Of a stretch of 64,000 bases of DNA, positions 1 to 20,789 are shown piece after piece. Origin of the DNA: Octopus vulgaris (Eukaryota); contig OX597815.1 of the NCBI GenBank assembly GCA_951406725.2, positions 137,640,001-137,704,000 on the forward strand. Reading direction: 5' to 3'. Under the pieces are notes generated by a model. The model was not told where the DNA came from and did no database searches. It was given only the letters and a program-made list of their open reading frames with translations. Every line of letters begins with the position of its first letter. The stretch's first letter is position 1. Both the position numbers and the translations under genes were made by a program.

Positions 1-16
1 TAAATACATATATATA

Positions 17-52
<36 letters not shown>

Positions 53-594
53 TATATATACATACATATATATATATATACATATATATACATACATATA
101 TATATATATATACATATATATACATACATATATATATATATACATATATATACATACATATATATATACATATATATATACATACATATATATATACATA
201 TATATACATACATATATATATACATATATATACATACATATATATATACATATATATACATACATATATATACATATATATATATATATATACATATATA
301 CACATACCTATATATACATATATATATATATATATACATATATACACATACCTATATATACATATATATATATATATACATATATACACATACCTATATA
401 TACATATATATATATATACATATATACATATACATACATATATATACATATATATATATACATACATATATATATATATACATACATATATATATATACA
501 TACATATATATATATATACATACATATATATATATATACATACATATATATATATATATACATACATATATATATATATATATAAATATACATA

Positions 595-626
<32 letters not shown>

Positions 627-681
627 GATATATATATATACATACATATATATATATATACATACATATATATATACATAC
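1..681. repeat. (TA)n/(TACA)n compound microsatellite
   Basis: Direct inspection; TA runs interrupted by CA. Confidence 0.98.
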
Positions 682-2530
682 ATAGGAAAAACCAATGAGG
701 GTAAGTGAAATACTGAATGAACAATTCAAGAGTGTTTTCACTCCACCCCTTGGGCATTTCCAAATCACCAATCCAACTGACTTCTTTACCACTGCAGATA
801 TAAAATCAGAGGCGGCGACGATAAATTACATCGATATAAAGGAAGACGATGTAACCAAGGCTATAGATGAAATGAAAACAGACTCAGCTATTGGCCCCGA
901 TGGATTCCCAGCAATCCTCCTAAAAGTATGTAAGAGAGTCCTAGCAAGACCACTGCAGTTCCTCTTTCAGAGCTTCCTTGCAGCTGGCAAACTTCCAAGA
1001 AAACTGAAGGAAGGTAAAATATGCCCTATTCATAAAGGAGGTAGCAGAGCGGAGGCCAAGAACTACAGACCTATCTCTCTCACCTCACACATCAGCAAGG
1101 TCATGGAACGAATAGTTAGAAGGAAACTAATCAGCTTCCTTGAAGAAAATGACTTGCTGCCTGACACCCAACATGGTTTCTGACCAGGAAGAAGCTGCTT
1201 AACTCAGCTCCTACAACACTACGACTGGGTGCTGAAACAACTGCTCAACCACTCAAATGTGGAAGTCATATATCTCGACTTCCACATAAAGTCGATCATG
1301 GAATGATATGTCACAAACTGCGTGATCTTGGCATAGTTGGAAAACTGGGAGAATGGCTTCATGACTTTCTGAAGAATAGAAGTCAGGTGGTAGCAGCCAA
1401 TGGGGCCACTTCCATTAACACGCAAATAGTGAGCGGTGTTCCGCAGGGCACTGTTTTGGGACCACTACTGTTCATAATGGCCCTCTCAGACATGCCCTCA
1501 GCCACGCAGAGAGCCACGATCACAAGTTATGCAGATGATACAAAAGTTTCACAGGCAATACAGAACACTGAAGACACTAAGCACCTGCAATGTGAGCTGG
1601 ACGAAATATACAAGTGGGCTGAAAAGAATAGCATGCAGTTCAATGCTGAAAAGTCTCAAGCTTTATACTATCAGCATGCAAAACTGAATGCAATACCCAA
1701 TGAATACACTGGACCTGGAGGGATTGCAATCCCAGAGGCACAATCAGTGCATGACCTGGGTATTCACATGAGTGATGATGCAACCTTTCATGTACATGTT
1801 GCTAAACTGACAATGAAATGTAGACGGCTGGCTGGATGGATTCTTAGAACCTTTAGAACAAGAGAACAAGAAACCATGATGGTCCTCTGGAAGACACTTG
1901 TACTAAGCCACTTTGACTATTGCTCTCAGCTATGGTCACCATCCAGTGTCAAGTTGATCACAGAACTTGAGGCGATCCAACGAAGCTACACGAAGAAGAT
2001 AGCCTCTGTGCAGCATATGAGCTACTGGGAAAGACTCAAGAGATTAAAGCTCTATTCCCTGGAGCGTAGGCGAGAAAGATATGCCATAATATACATCTGG
2101 AAGATCCTGGAAGGTCTTGTCCCAGACTTTGGCATCGAGAGTCACACAAATGCCAGAACCGGACACCACTGCGTAGTACGAAGGACTCCAAATTTGCCAT
2201 CAAGATGTAGGACAAGATATTGTGATAGCCTGGGCTTCAGAGGCCCACGGCTCTTCAATATCCTCCCGAAGAACCTGAGGGACCTGCATGGTGTAGATGC
2301 AGATGTCTTTAAAGTAGGACTGGACCTCTTCCTGTCAGGTGTCCCGGATGAACCAACTTCACAGCAGGAAGTGCAGATGAGGGCAGCTGCATCGAACTCT
2401 CTCATGCATCAGATGGCGTTTGCTAAAAAGCATCCGTGAGGTAAAATCCTGTAGCAAACCAAATGGCGGTGCCCCAGCATGGCCACAGCTCATTAGCTGA
2501 AACTGGAAAAATCAAAAAATCAAAAAAATC
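682..2530 (+). mobile_element. LINE family A copy A1 (CR1-like group), 5'-truncated and disabled
   Basis: RT motifs NYRPISLTS, GVPQGTVLGP, YADD in ORFs 695-1183 and 1303-2439; CGA>TGA at 1181; deletion in YLDFAKAFD near 1281; family 3' UTR and (AAAAATC)n-like tail. Confidence 0.95.
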
Positions 2531-2547
2531 ATATATACATACATATA

Positions 2548-2855
2548 TCATCATCATCATCATCGTTTAACGTCTGTTTACCGTGCTAGCACGGGTTGGA
2601 TGGTTTCGACCGGGGTCTGGGAGCCAGGAGCTGCCCCAGGCTCCAGTCTGGTCTGGCAGTGTTTCTACAGCTGGATGCCCTTCCTAACGCCAACCACTCC
2701 GCGAGTGTAGTGGGTGCTTTTTACGTGCCACCTGCACAGGTGCCAGAGGGGTCTGGCATCGGCCACGGTCAGTTGGTGCTTTTTATGTGCCACCTGCACA
2801 GAAGCCAGTCGGGTCGGTGCTGGCATCGGCCACGTTCGGATGGTGCTTTTTATGT
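2548..2855 (-). mobile_element. RTE family 3' UTR fragment
   Basis: Reverse complement matches the 3' UTR of the RTE at 43810-44322, including the (GAT)n tail and GTGGCACGTAAAAAGCACC units. Confidence 0.85.
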
Positions 2856-3130
2856 GGGGGGAGGGTGCAGAAATATAGGGGAGCACCAGTGGGGAGGGGA
2901 GTTCGGAGAAACGATGACAGGTTCTAGACAAGTAGAATGTAGGATATCACGAGAGGGTAATGCATGGTGAAATAGCGTATTGAAGAGGGGAGTTCGAAGA
3001 GTAGACACCTATAATGGTGGTGGGAGAAGCGACATCCGGTATAGATGGAGCAAAATATAGAGATATCCGGTATTGGTGGTGGGGGTGTGGGTGGGGGTGG
3101 GCAAGGGCAAGGGCAAGGGCGGGTGCACCG

Positions 3131-4126
3131 GGAATATGCGGCGAAGGTTGAACTTGACGGGCTGGCTTAAAAATGCTCTTAGCAATGGAAGGGGGGAAAG
3201 GAAGAGGGGGAAGGGCAGACAACGTAAAAGAGGGAGAGAGAGAGAAGGGAATAGTGGAACCCCGCGAAAAATCGGCCGCCATTGAAAAACACCTGTATGG
3301 AGAAACTTAAATATCTATTCTGTATTTAGCGAGACACGAGGTCGGAAACCGATGGTCAACAATAACTAATAAATTATACAGAATATGCAATACGAGGCGA
3401 AGCTGAAAATAATAATAGTAATAATAATAATAATAAACAAATTGTCGACTGGGGATCAAAGGGATAATACTAATACTACTACTAATAATAATAATAATAA
3501 ACAGCTTAACCACTAGAGATCAGACAAATTTGCATGAGAATATTACTGGTACAGATTACGGGATGAATTAGATTAGAAAGATTTTCTTATCTTGGGAACA
3601 TTTCGATTTCGGCCTGACACGGCGAATATGCGAAGGTTGAACTTGACAGGCTGGCTTTAAAATGCTCTTAGCGATGGAAGGGGGGAAGGAAGAGGGAGGA
3701 GGGCAAACAACGTAAAAGAGGGAGAGAGAGAGAGAAGGGAATAGTGGAACCCCACGAAAAATCGGCCGCCATTGAAAACCCCTGTATGGAGAAACTTAAA
3801 TATCTATTCTGTATTTAGCAAGACACGAGGCCGGAAACCGATGGTCAACAATAACTAATAAATTATACAGAATATGCAATACGAGGCGAAGCTGAAAATA
3901 ATAATAATAATAATAATAATAATAAACAAATTGTCGACTGGGGATCAAAGGGATAATACTAATACTACTAATAATAATAATAATAATAATAAACAGCTTA
4001 ACCACTAGAGATCAGACAAATTTGCATGAGAATATTACTGGTACAGATTACGGGATGAATTAGATTAGAAAGATTTTCTTATCTTGGGAACATTTCGTTT
4101 TCAGCCTGACACGGCGAATATGCGAA
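3131..4126. repeat. ~490 bp tandem direct duplication (about 3131-3625 and 3625-4126)
   Basis: Near-identical copies from GAATATGCGAAGGTTGAACTTGAC to CCTGACACGGCGAATATGCGAA, both with (AAT)n tracts. Confidence 0.9.
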
Positions 4127-4982
<856 letters not shown>

Positions 4983-7900
4983 GATTGATTGATTGATTGA
5001 TTGATTCTAGTTTCAGCTTATGAGCCGTGGCCATGCTGGGGCACCGCCATTTGGTGTTGCTACTTGGTTTCACTTCATGGAGGCCCTCTAGCAACTGCTA
5101 CTTGGTGCATGAGAGAGTTCGATGCAGCTGCCCTCATCTGCCCCTCCTGCCGTGAAGTTGGTTCATCTGGGACACCTGACAGGAAGAGATCCAGCTTCAT
5201 TTTAAAGACATCTGTATCCACCCCATGCAGGTCTCTCAGGTTCTTCGGGAGGATATTGAAGAGCTGTGGGCCTCGGAAGCCCAGGCTATCACAGAATCTT
5301 GTCCTACATCTTGATGGCAGGTTTGGAGTCCTAGGCACCACGCAGTGGCGCCCAGTTCTGGCATTTGCGTAACTCTCGATGCCAAAGTTCAGGACACTTC
5401 CTCCAGGATCTTCCAGATGTATATTATGGCATATCTTTCCCGCCTACGCTCCAGGGAATATAATTTTAATCTCTTGAGTCTTTCCCAGTAGCTTACATTC
5501 TGCATAGAGGCTATCTTCTTTGTGTAGCTTCGTTGGATCGCCTCAAGTTCTGTGATCAACTTGACACTGGATGGTGACCATAGCTGAGAGCAATAGTCAA
5601 AGTGGCTTAGGACAAGTGTCTTCCAGAGGACCATCATGGTTTCTTGTTCTCTTGTTCTAAAGGTTCTAAGAATCCATCCAGCCAGCCGTCTACATTTCAT
5701 TGTCAGTTTAGCAACATGTACATGAAAGGTCGCGTCATCACTCATGTGAATACCCAGGTCACGCACTGATTGTGCCTCTGGGATTGCAATCCCTCCGGGT
5801 CCAGTGTATTCATTGGGTATTGCATTCAGTTTTGCATGCTGATAGTATAAAGCTTGAAACTTTCCAGCATTGAACTGCATGCTATTCTTTTCAGCCCACT
5901 TGTATATTTCGTCCAGCTCACATTGCAGGTGTTTAGTGTCCTCAGGGTTCTGTATTGCCTGTGAGACTTTTGTATCATCTGCATAACTTGTGATCGTGGC
6001 TCTCTGCGTGGCTGAGGGCATGTCTGAGAGGGCCATTATGAACAGTAGTGGTCCCAGAACAGTGCCCTGCGGAACACCGCTCACTATTTGTGTGTTAATG
6101 GAGGTGGCCCCATTGGCTACTACCACCTGACTTCTATCCTTCAGAAAGTCATGAAGCCATTCTCCCAGTTTTCCAACTATGTTGAGATCACGCAGTTTGT
6201 GACATATCATTCCATGATCGACTTTATCAAAGGCCTTTGCAAAGTCGAGATATATCACTTCCACATTTGAGTGGTTGAGCAGCCGTTTCAGCACCCAGTC
6301 ATAGTGTTGTAGGAGCTGAGTTAAACAGCTTCTCCCTGGTCGGAAACCATGTTGGGTGTCGGGCAGCAAGTCATTCTCTTCAAGGAAGGTGATCAGCTTC
6401 CTTCTGACTATTCGTTCCATGACCTTGCTGATGTGTGAGGTCAGAGAGATAGGTCTATAGTTCTTGGCTTCCGCTCTGCTACCTCCTTTATGAATGGGGC
6501 ATATTTTACCTTCCTTCAGTTTTCCTGGAAGTTTGCCAGCTGCAAGGAAGCTCTGAAAGAGGAACTGCAGTGGTCTTGCTAGGACTCTCTTACATGCTTT
6601 TAGGAGGATTGCCGGGAATCCATCGGGGCCAGTAGCTGAGTCTGTTTTCATTTCATCTATAGCCTTGGTTACATCGTCTTCCTTTATATCGATGTAATCT
6701 ATCGTCGCCGCCTCTGATTTTATATCTGCAGTGGTAAAAAAGTCAGTTGGATTGGTGATTTGGAGATGCCCAAGGGGTGGAGTGAAAACACTCTTGAATT
6801 GCTCATTCAGTATTTCACTTACCCTCATTGGTTTTCCTGTAAGTGTGCCATCCTTTTCGAGGAGTGGCCCTATTCTACAGTGCACTGTAGCTGTTTCTTT
6901 GGCATACCTGTAGAAAGCTCTGGGGTTAGATTTTATGTTTTCTATAGCCCAGGCTTCTTTGTCTGCTCTTTCTTTTTCATGGGAGAGTTGCAGACATTTT
7001 TCGATTTCCAACAGTTTTATTTTTAGGCGGGACTTTTCACTGCTTTCAATCTGTTTGTTTAGGCGATTTGAAAATTTTGTACGCCGTCTCATTAAAATTT
7101 TCCTCTCTCTGGGGATTTTGTTCTTGTGTACAGTGGCCTTTCTCTCTGGGACACATTTGTAGCATATGGCTTGCATTACAGACATGAATTGTTGAAGTTT
7201 CACGTCGATGTCTGGCGAGGAGAGACATTTAGGCCAGTTTTGTTTGAGGATCTCTTTCTCAATTTGTTTCCAGTTTGCCTTATGGTAGTTCAAGCTGGAA
7301 AGATTTTGAGGGTTTCTTGTAGGCTGCATGTCCGTGCTCTCTTTTGGCCCGTACATGGTCAGCTCTATCATGTTGTGATCCGAGAGTAGTGTCGGTGTCA
7401 CTTTCACATTATGGATGAGATCCATGTCATTTGTGAAGCAGAGATCCAGTGTGTTACCTGCCCTGGTTGGTTGGAGTATTACCTGCTCCATGTACAGGGT
7501 GTTGATGAGGTTCAGGAGGGACCTCGCCTGTCCTCGTTCACATCTTGTCATTCCTGGGAGAGAAAGGCCCTCGGGCCATCTGACATTGGGCAGATTGAAG
7601 TCTCCCATAAGAAGCACACCTATGTGTTGTTCTAATGTGGTTAGAATTTCTTCTATTTTTATAAGGCAGTCTTCAAACTTGCCCACATGGCTTGGGGCAT
7701 CTGGAGGCGATATGTAGCACACACAACTACATCAAGTTGCCTAATATGTACAATTAGTGTGTCACACACCGAGTTTGAGTATGACAAGAGGACCTGGGGT
7801 GTGAGGTCCTCACGGATGTACATAGCAACACCTCTGACTCCTTTCTTTCCTGTCGGTCCGTAGTACAGCATACTGTGGTATGTGTAACTCCGCATCTGCT

Positions 7901-8128
7901 ATGTCCGGTTTCAGGTGCGTTTCTGTAAGTGCTATGCATAAGGCTTGATTGCATGCAACAAAGTCTCTCAAGAACGGGATCTTTGTCCTGTTACTGAGTG
8001 TTTGCAGTCCTCTGATGTTCAGTAGGAGTATCGAGGTGAGGTGTACGTTGTTGCCGGCGGTGTCCATCCTGTGTCTGTTTGCTGTGGTGGTCTGGTATAT
8101 AGTGGGTAGTCCACCTGCGGGCTTGGGT

Positions 8129-8130
<2 letters not shown>
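4983..8130 (-). mobile_element. LINE family A copy A2; truncated in the ORF1/ORF2 overlap, ORF2 frameshifted
   Basis: EN motifs LLLNIRGL, LTETHL, GDFN, SDHN and RT YADD across ORFs 7810-8226, 7659-7895, 5389-7722 and 5075-5341; (AATC)n tail at 4983-5006. Confidence 0.96.
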
Positions 8131-8182
<52 letters not shown>

Positions 8183-8219
8183 GTATATATATATATGTGT
8201 ATATATATATATGTGTATA

Positions 8220-10480
8220 AATCCATTCATAATAAATTTTTTTAAGTAGTGTTGGTTTGCCACGTGGATATAGTTTTTAGTTCCATTTATTCTTTTTCTC
8301 CATTCATAATTTTAAATGACGTTTACTTTCCATGACGCGTATTCTTTTTTTACATAAGTTATTTCTATGGTAACGTAATTTTGGTTTGATTTTTTTAACG
8401 GCTAAGAATTTAATTTCACTTTATAATTTGAAACTGACTTGTAAGTATGTATTTTATTTATCCTTATGTCATATTGTTATTTTTGATATTCTGATTAATT
8501 ACGATGTATTTAATGTTTTTTTCATAGGAGTGTTTATGTATATGAGATTGTGTGTGAGTTTTTAGTTGTATAATTTATTTATCTGTATGAGTGTGGGTGT
8601 GTAAATATTGTTGTATATATCGAGTTTGGTGAGTATGTATATGCGTATATGTGAGGGAGTATATGTATCTGTGTGTGTGTGTGTGTTTTGCCTGTGTGTG
8701 TGTTTGTGTGTGAATGTGTATATGGGTTTGTTATTTAGGTTTTGGGATGTATGTGTTAATTTGTCTGTGTGTGGAGGGGGAGTGGATTTTGGTGTATATT
8801 GAGGTTTATAAGTTAGTATAGGTATGTGTGTATAAGTCGTGGGTCTGTGGTTTACGTGTGTGTATTTGTGTGTGAATGTTTAGGTTAGGGGGATTGCTAT
8901 ATAGGTTTGTTATGAGTTTAGCAAAGGGAGATTTTATCGTTATATGTTTTTAAGAGTTTTGGTTTATCATGGTTTTTTTGGAATTCGTGGTAATTTGTCT
9001 ATTTTCGATGTTGGTTGTTTTATTGCATTGTTTCATTCATAATTTTTGAGTGGTGTTCGCTTTTGCCACGTGATTATTATTTTTAATTCCATTTATTCCA
9101 TTTCTCCATTCATTAATTTAGAGATGTTCGTTTCTGGAGCGGTTATGCTTTTTATACATATGTTAAGTTCCTTGGTAAAGTAATTTTGTTCGTGTATATG
9201 TTGAGGCTTATATGTACTTGTGGGTGTGTGTGAGTGGGGTGGGTGTTTGTATTTGTTATGGGTGTGTGGTTTACATGTGTGTTTTTGTGTGTGAATGTAT
9301 AGGTTAAAGGGATTGCTATATAAGTATGTTATAGTGTTTAGTAAGGGAGGTTTTATCATTTCTGTTTTGTGAGTTTTAGCTTATCATGGTAGTTTTATAA
9401 AAGAATCCATTCATAATTTTTGTGTTTATTTGTCTGTGTGGGGTTGAGTGGGTTTTTGGAGTATATGTTGAGGTTTATATGTATGTATTGGTATGTGTAA
9501 GTGGTGTGGGTATTAGTATATGTCGTGGGTGTGTGGTTTACGTGTGTGTATTTGTGTGTGAATGTTTAGGTTAGGGGGGATTGCTATAGGTATGTTATAG
9601 AGTTTAGTAAGGAGATTTTATCATTATATGTTTTTGTGAGTTTTGGTTTATCATGGTAGGTTTGTTAAGGAATTCATGTAGTAATTTGTGTATATTTGCG
9701 ATGTCTGTTGTTTTATTGCATTGTTTCATTCATAATTTTTTAAGTAGTGTTCGTTTTACCAAGTGAATATAATTTTTAATTCCATTTATTCCATTTCTCC
9801 GTTCATAATTTTGAGTGATGTCCGTTTTCTAGAGCGTGAATGTGGGTTGTATGTGTGTGTGTGTGGGAGTATGAATAAGTATTGTGTTGAAGTTTTTAGC
9901 TATTTTATTTATTTTTATAGTTGCCTAGACGTTTTTATGTGTATGTATAGGGATATATATATAGGTGTGTGGTTTAGTGTATGTAGTTAGATATGGTTAT
10001 ATATAATTAGGTATATGTGTATGGGTGTATATATAGTTTATTATTATATTATTATTATTTTTGTTTTGTTTTATATTTTATATTTTATATTTTATATTTA
10101 ATTCTTGATAGGTTTATTTTAGTTTATATATTGTTTATATATTGATAATATATGGATTATATATGGGTTATATATGGATTATATATTTATATTTTTTCAT
10201 TCATACTTTAATTATTTTAAAATTATTATTTGTATATTTTAAAATATTGATATTTTAGATTGAAGTCCACCTGAAGATTGTCGATCAAGACAAGAAACGA
10301 TTGTAGTGGCGGTTTTTTTGACTATTTATTAAAATTTTATGTATTGATTAAGTCTTTCCTTGTTTGTTTTGCAAAATAGTGGTTTTGTCTCTAATAATAT
10401 TTTATAATATTTTACTATAAAATTGGATTTAATCCTAAATCTGATTTTTTTCCCTGTAAATTTGGATTTATTCCCTAATA
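8220..10480 (+). mobile_element. GT-rich, internally repeated non-coding element ending in a hammerhead ribozyme; probable Penelope-like UTR/pseudo-LTR
   Basis: Diverged repeats TCATTCATAATTTT..TCCATTTATTCCATTTCTCC at about 8222, 9033 and 9726; GTGTGTGAATGTTTAGGTTAGGGGGATTGCTAT-like units at about 8870, 9290 and 9555; ribozyme at 10267; flanked by TA tracts. Confidence 0.55.
10267..10309 (+). ncRNA. Minimal type I hammerhead ribozyme
   Basis: CCAC-CTGAAGA-TTGTC(GATCAA)GACAA-GAAAC-GATT-GTA-GTGG: stem I CCAC/GTGG, intact CUGANGA and GAAA core, 5-bp stem II, GUA cleavage triplet. Confidence 0.85.
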
Positions 10481-10489
10481 TTTATTATT

Positions 10490-10698
<209 letters not shown>

Positions 10699-11487
10699 AT
10701 CATCATCATCGTTTAACGTCCGCTTTCCCGCGCTAGCACGGGTTGGACGGTTTGACCGGGTCTGGGAAGCCAGGGGCCGCTCCAGGCTCCAGTCTGAATC
10801 TGGCAGAGTTTCTACGGCTGGATGCCCTTCCTAACGCCAACCACTCCGTGAGTGGATTGGGTGCTTTTACGTGCCACCTGCACAGGGGCCGGAGGGTCCG
10901 GCATCGTCACGATCGGATTCGAGCATTTTAACGTGTCAGCGGCACGGGAGCAACGAGGTCCGGGGTACTTTGGGGATTGGGGTATTTTGGGGATCCAGGG
11001 TACTTTGGGGATCCGGGGTACTTTGGGGATCCGGGGTACTTAGAATGGGTAGGGGGGTACTTAGAATGGGTAGGGGGTATGTGGAATTGCTGCAGAAAGC
11101 AGCCCGGGTCTTTGTAGTCACAGCATATCTCCAGAGATCTCGGTCCTTCGCCATTGCCTCAGTGAGGCCCAATGCTCTGAGGTCATGCTTGACCACCTCA
11201 TCCCATGTCTTCCTGGGTCTACCTCTCCCCCTGATACCTTCAACTGTTTGGGAGTGGCACTTCTTCACACATCTCTCTTCATCCATCCGCAGCACATGAC
11301 CATACCATCGCAAGCGTCGCTCTTGCACACACCACATCTGATGCTTCTTATATCCAGCATTTCTCTCAGGATACTTACACTCTGTTTGCGTGCACACTGA
11401 CACTACACATCCAGCGGATCATAGCTAGCTTCATTTCTTTCAAGTCTACGCATGTCTTCTGCAGTCACAGCCCATGTTTCATTACCA

Positions 11488-11488
<1 letters not shown>
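10699..11488 (-). mobile_element. RTE LINE, 5'-truncated (ORF C-terminus plus 3' UTR)
   Basis: [45 protein letters not shown] matches the C-terminus of ORF 42220-43809; (GAT)n tail at 10699. Confidence 0.92.
10960..11078 (+). repeat. G-rich minisatellite inside the RTE copy (18-mer x4 plus 21-mer x2)
   Basis: GGGGTACTTTGGGGATCC and GGGGTACTTAGAATGGGTAGG units. Confidence 0.9.
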
Positions 11489-15038
<3,550 letters not shown>

Positions 15039-18000
15039 GGGACAGAGGCAAACCCAGGGACAGAGGCAAACCTAACGGTCCATATGCCAAAAAGGATGGA
15101 AACAAGCAGCGCACACGGGTATGTAGGTTCTACCTGAAAGGTGCCTGCCGGCATGGAGAGGAAGGTGCAGGCTGCCGCTTTGCACATCCGGGACCCTGCC
15201 GCAGAAACCAACCACCGAAGAGGAAATGGGATGGACCAGGCATCACCTGCCCCAAAACGGAGGTACGCAGATGTGGTGCGTACCACAAACCACCAACGTG
15301 TTGTTGAAAGGGCAGCTGCTGAGCAGGAATCTTTTTTGTGCATGGCACAAAAGATTGTACAGCAGCTAACCTGGCTCCATCAGGCTCAGGCTCGCAGATG
15401 GAACTGCCCACAGTTCACGAGACCGCCACAGCAGATGGACCCAGGGTGGACAACGCCGGCAACAGCATACACCTCACCTCGATGCTCCTACTGAACATCA
15501 GAGGTTTACTAACACACAGTAACAGGACAAAAGTCCCGTTCCTGAGAGACTTTGTCGCATGCAATCAAGCCTTATGCATAGCACTCACAGAAACGCATCT
15601 GAAACCGGACATAGCAGATGCGGAATTACATACCACAGTATGTTGTACTACGGACCGACAGGAAAGAAAGGAGTCATGGAGGAGTTGCTATGTACATCCG
15701 TGGGGACCTCACACCCCAGGTCCTTTTGTCATACTCAAACTCGGTGTGTGACACACTAATTGTACACATAAGGCAACTTGATGTAGTTGTGTGTGCTACA
15801 TATCGCCCTCCAGATGCCCCAAGTCATATGGGCAAGTTCGAGGACTGCCTTTTAAAAATAGAAGAAGTTCTAACCACATTAGAACAACACATAAGTGTAC
15901 TTCTCATGGGAGACTTCAATCTACCGAATGTCAGATGGCCCGAGGGCCTTTCTCTCCCAGGAATGACAAGATGTGAACGTGGACAGGCGAGGTCCCTCCT
16001 GAACCTCACCAACACCCTGTACATGGAGCAAGTATACTGCAACCAACCAGAGCAGGTAACACACTGGATCTCTGCTTCACAAATAATATGGATCTCATCC
16101 ATAATGTGAAAGTGACACCGACACTACTCTCGGATCACAACATGGTAGAGCTGACCATGTACGGGCCAAAAGAGAGCACGGACATGCAGCCTACAAGAAA
16201 CCCTCAGAATCTTTCCAGCTTGAACTTCAATAAGGCAAACTGGAAACAAATTGAGAAGAGATCCTCAAACAAAACTGGCCTGAATGTCTCTCCTCGCCGG
16301 ACATCGACATGATACTTCAACAATTCATGTCTGTAATGCAAGCCATATGCTACAAATGTGTCCCAGAGAGAAAGGCCACTGTACACAAAAACAAAATCCC
16401 CAGAGAGAGGAAAATTTTAATGAGACGGCGTACAAAAATTTCAAATCGCCTAAACAAACAAATTGAAAGTAGTGAAAAGTCCCGCCTGAAAATAAAACTG
16501 CTGGAAATTGAAAATTGTCTGCAACTTTCCCATGAGAAGGAAAGAGCAGACAAAGAAGCCTGGGCTATAGACAACATAAAAACTAACCCCAGAGCTTTCT
16601 ACAGGTATGCCAAAGAAACGGCTACAGTGCACTGTAGGATAGGGCCACTCCTTGAAAAGGATGGCACACTCACAGGAAAACCAATGAGGGTAAGTGAAAT
16701 ACTGAATGAACAATTCAAGAGTGTTTTCACTCCACCCCTTGGGCATTTCCAAATCAGCAATCCAACTGACTTCTTTACCACTGCAGATATAGAATCAGAG
16801 GCGGCGACGATAAGTTACATCGAGATAAAGGAAGACGATGTAATAAAGGCTATAGATGAAATGAAAATAGACTCAGCTACTGGCCCCGATGGATTCCCGG
16901 CAATCCTCCTAAAAGTATGTAAGAGAGTCTTAGCAAGACCACTGCAGTCCCTATTTCAGAGCTTCCTTGCAGCTGGCAAACTTCCAAGGGGACTGAAGGA
17001 AGGTAAAATATGTCCTATTCATAAAGGAGGTAGCAGAGCGGAGGCAAAGAACTACAGACCTATCTCTCTGACCTCACACATCAGCAAGGTCATGGAACGA
17101 ATAGTCAGAAGGAAACTAATCACCTTCCTTGAAGAAAATGACTTGCTGCCTGACACCCAACATGGTTTCCGACCAGGAAGAAGCTGCTTAACTCAGCTCC
17201 TGCAGCACTATGACTGGGTGCTGAAACAACTGCTCAACCACTCAAATGTGGAAGTCATATATCTCGACTTCGCAAAGGCCTTCGATAAAGTCGATCACGG
17301 AATGATATGTCACAGGCTGCGTGATCTTGGCATAGTTGGAAAACTAGGAGAATGGCTTCACGACTTTCTGAAGAATAGAAGTCAGGTGGTAGTAGCCAAT
17401 GGGGCCACTTCCATTAACACGCAAATAATGAGTGGTGTTCCACAGGGCACTGTTTTGGGACCACTACTGTTCATAATGGCCCTCTCAGACATGCCCTCAG
17501 CCACGCAGAGATCCACGATCACAAGTTATGCAGATGATACAAAAGTTTCACAGGCAATACAGAACCCTGAGGACACTAAAAACCTGCAATGTGAGCTGGA
17601 CGAAATATACAAGTGGGCTGAAAAGAATAGCATGCAGTTCAATGCTGGAAAGTTTCAAGCTTTATACTATCAGCATGCAAAACTGAATGCAATACCCAAT
17701 GAATACACTGGACCCGGAGGGATTGCAATCCCAGAGGCACAATCAGTGCGTGACCTGGGTATTCACATGAGTGATGACGCGACCTTTCATGTACATGTTG
17801 CTAAACTGACAGTGAAATGTAGACGGCTGGCTGGCTGGATTCTTAGAACCTTTAGAACAAGAGAACAAGAAACCATGATGGTCCTCTGGAAGACACTTGT
17901 CCTAAGCCACTTTGACTATTGCTCTCAGCTATGGTCACCATCCAGTGTCAAGTTGATCACAGAACTTGAGGCGATCCAACGAAGCTACACAAAGAAGATA

Positions 18001-18524
18001 GCCTCTATGCAAAATGTAAGCTACTGGGAAAGACTCAAGAGATTAAAATTATACTCCCTGGAGCGTAGGCGGGAAAGATATGCCATAATATACATCTGGA
18101 AGATCCTGGAGGGAAGTGTCCTGAACTTTGGCATCGAGAGTTACACAAATGCCAGAACTGGGCGCCACTGCGTGGTGCCTAGGACTCCAAACCTGCCATC
18201 AAGATGTAGGACAAGGTTCTGTGATAGCCTGGGCTTCCGAGGCCCACAGCTCTTCAATATCCTCCCGAAGAACCTGAGAGACCTGCATGGGGTGGATACA
18301 GATGTCTTTAAAATGAAGCTGGATCTCTTCCTGTCAGGTGTCCCAGATGAACCAACTTCACGGCAGGAGGGGCAGATGAGGGCAGCTGCATCGAACTCGC
18401 TCATGCACCAAATAGCAGCTGCTAAAAAGCCTCCATGAAGTGAAACCAAGTAGCAACACCAAATGGCGGTGCCCCAGCATGGCCACAGCTCATAGGCTGG
18501 AACTGGAATCAATCAATCAATCAA
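15039..18524 (+). mobile_element. LINE family A copy A3: ORF1 3' half with CCCH zinc finger plus frameshifted ORF2
   Basis: [23 protein letters not shown] at about 15122-15190; EN/RT pieces 15338-15751, 15618-16109, 16088-16312 and 16309-18438; (AATC)n tail. Confidence 0.96.

Positions 18525-20789
<2,265 letters not shown>

Noticed and set aside
3604-3635. Functional hammerhead at the end of the 490 bp repeat (also 4103-4130)
   Set aside because: The core reads CUGACAC rather than CUGANGA, and no cleavage triplet or stem I follows
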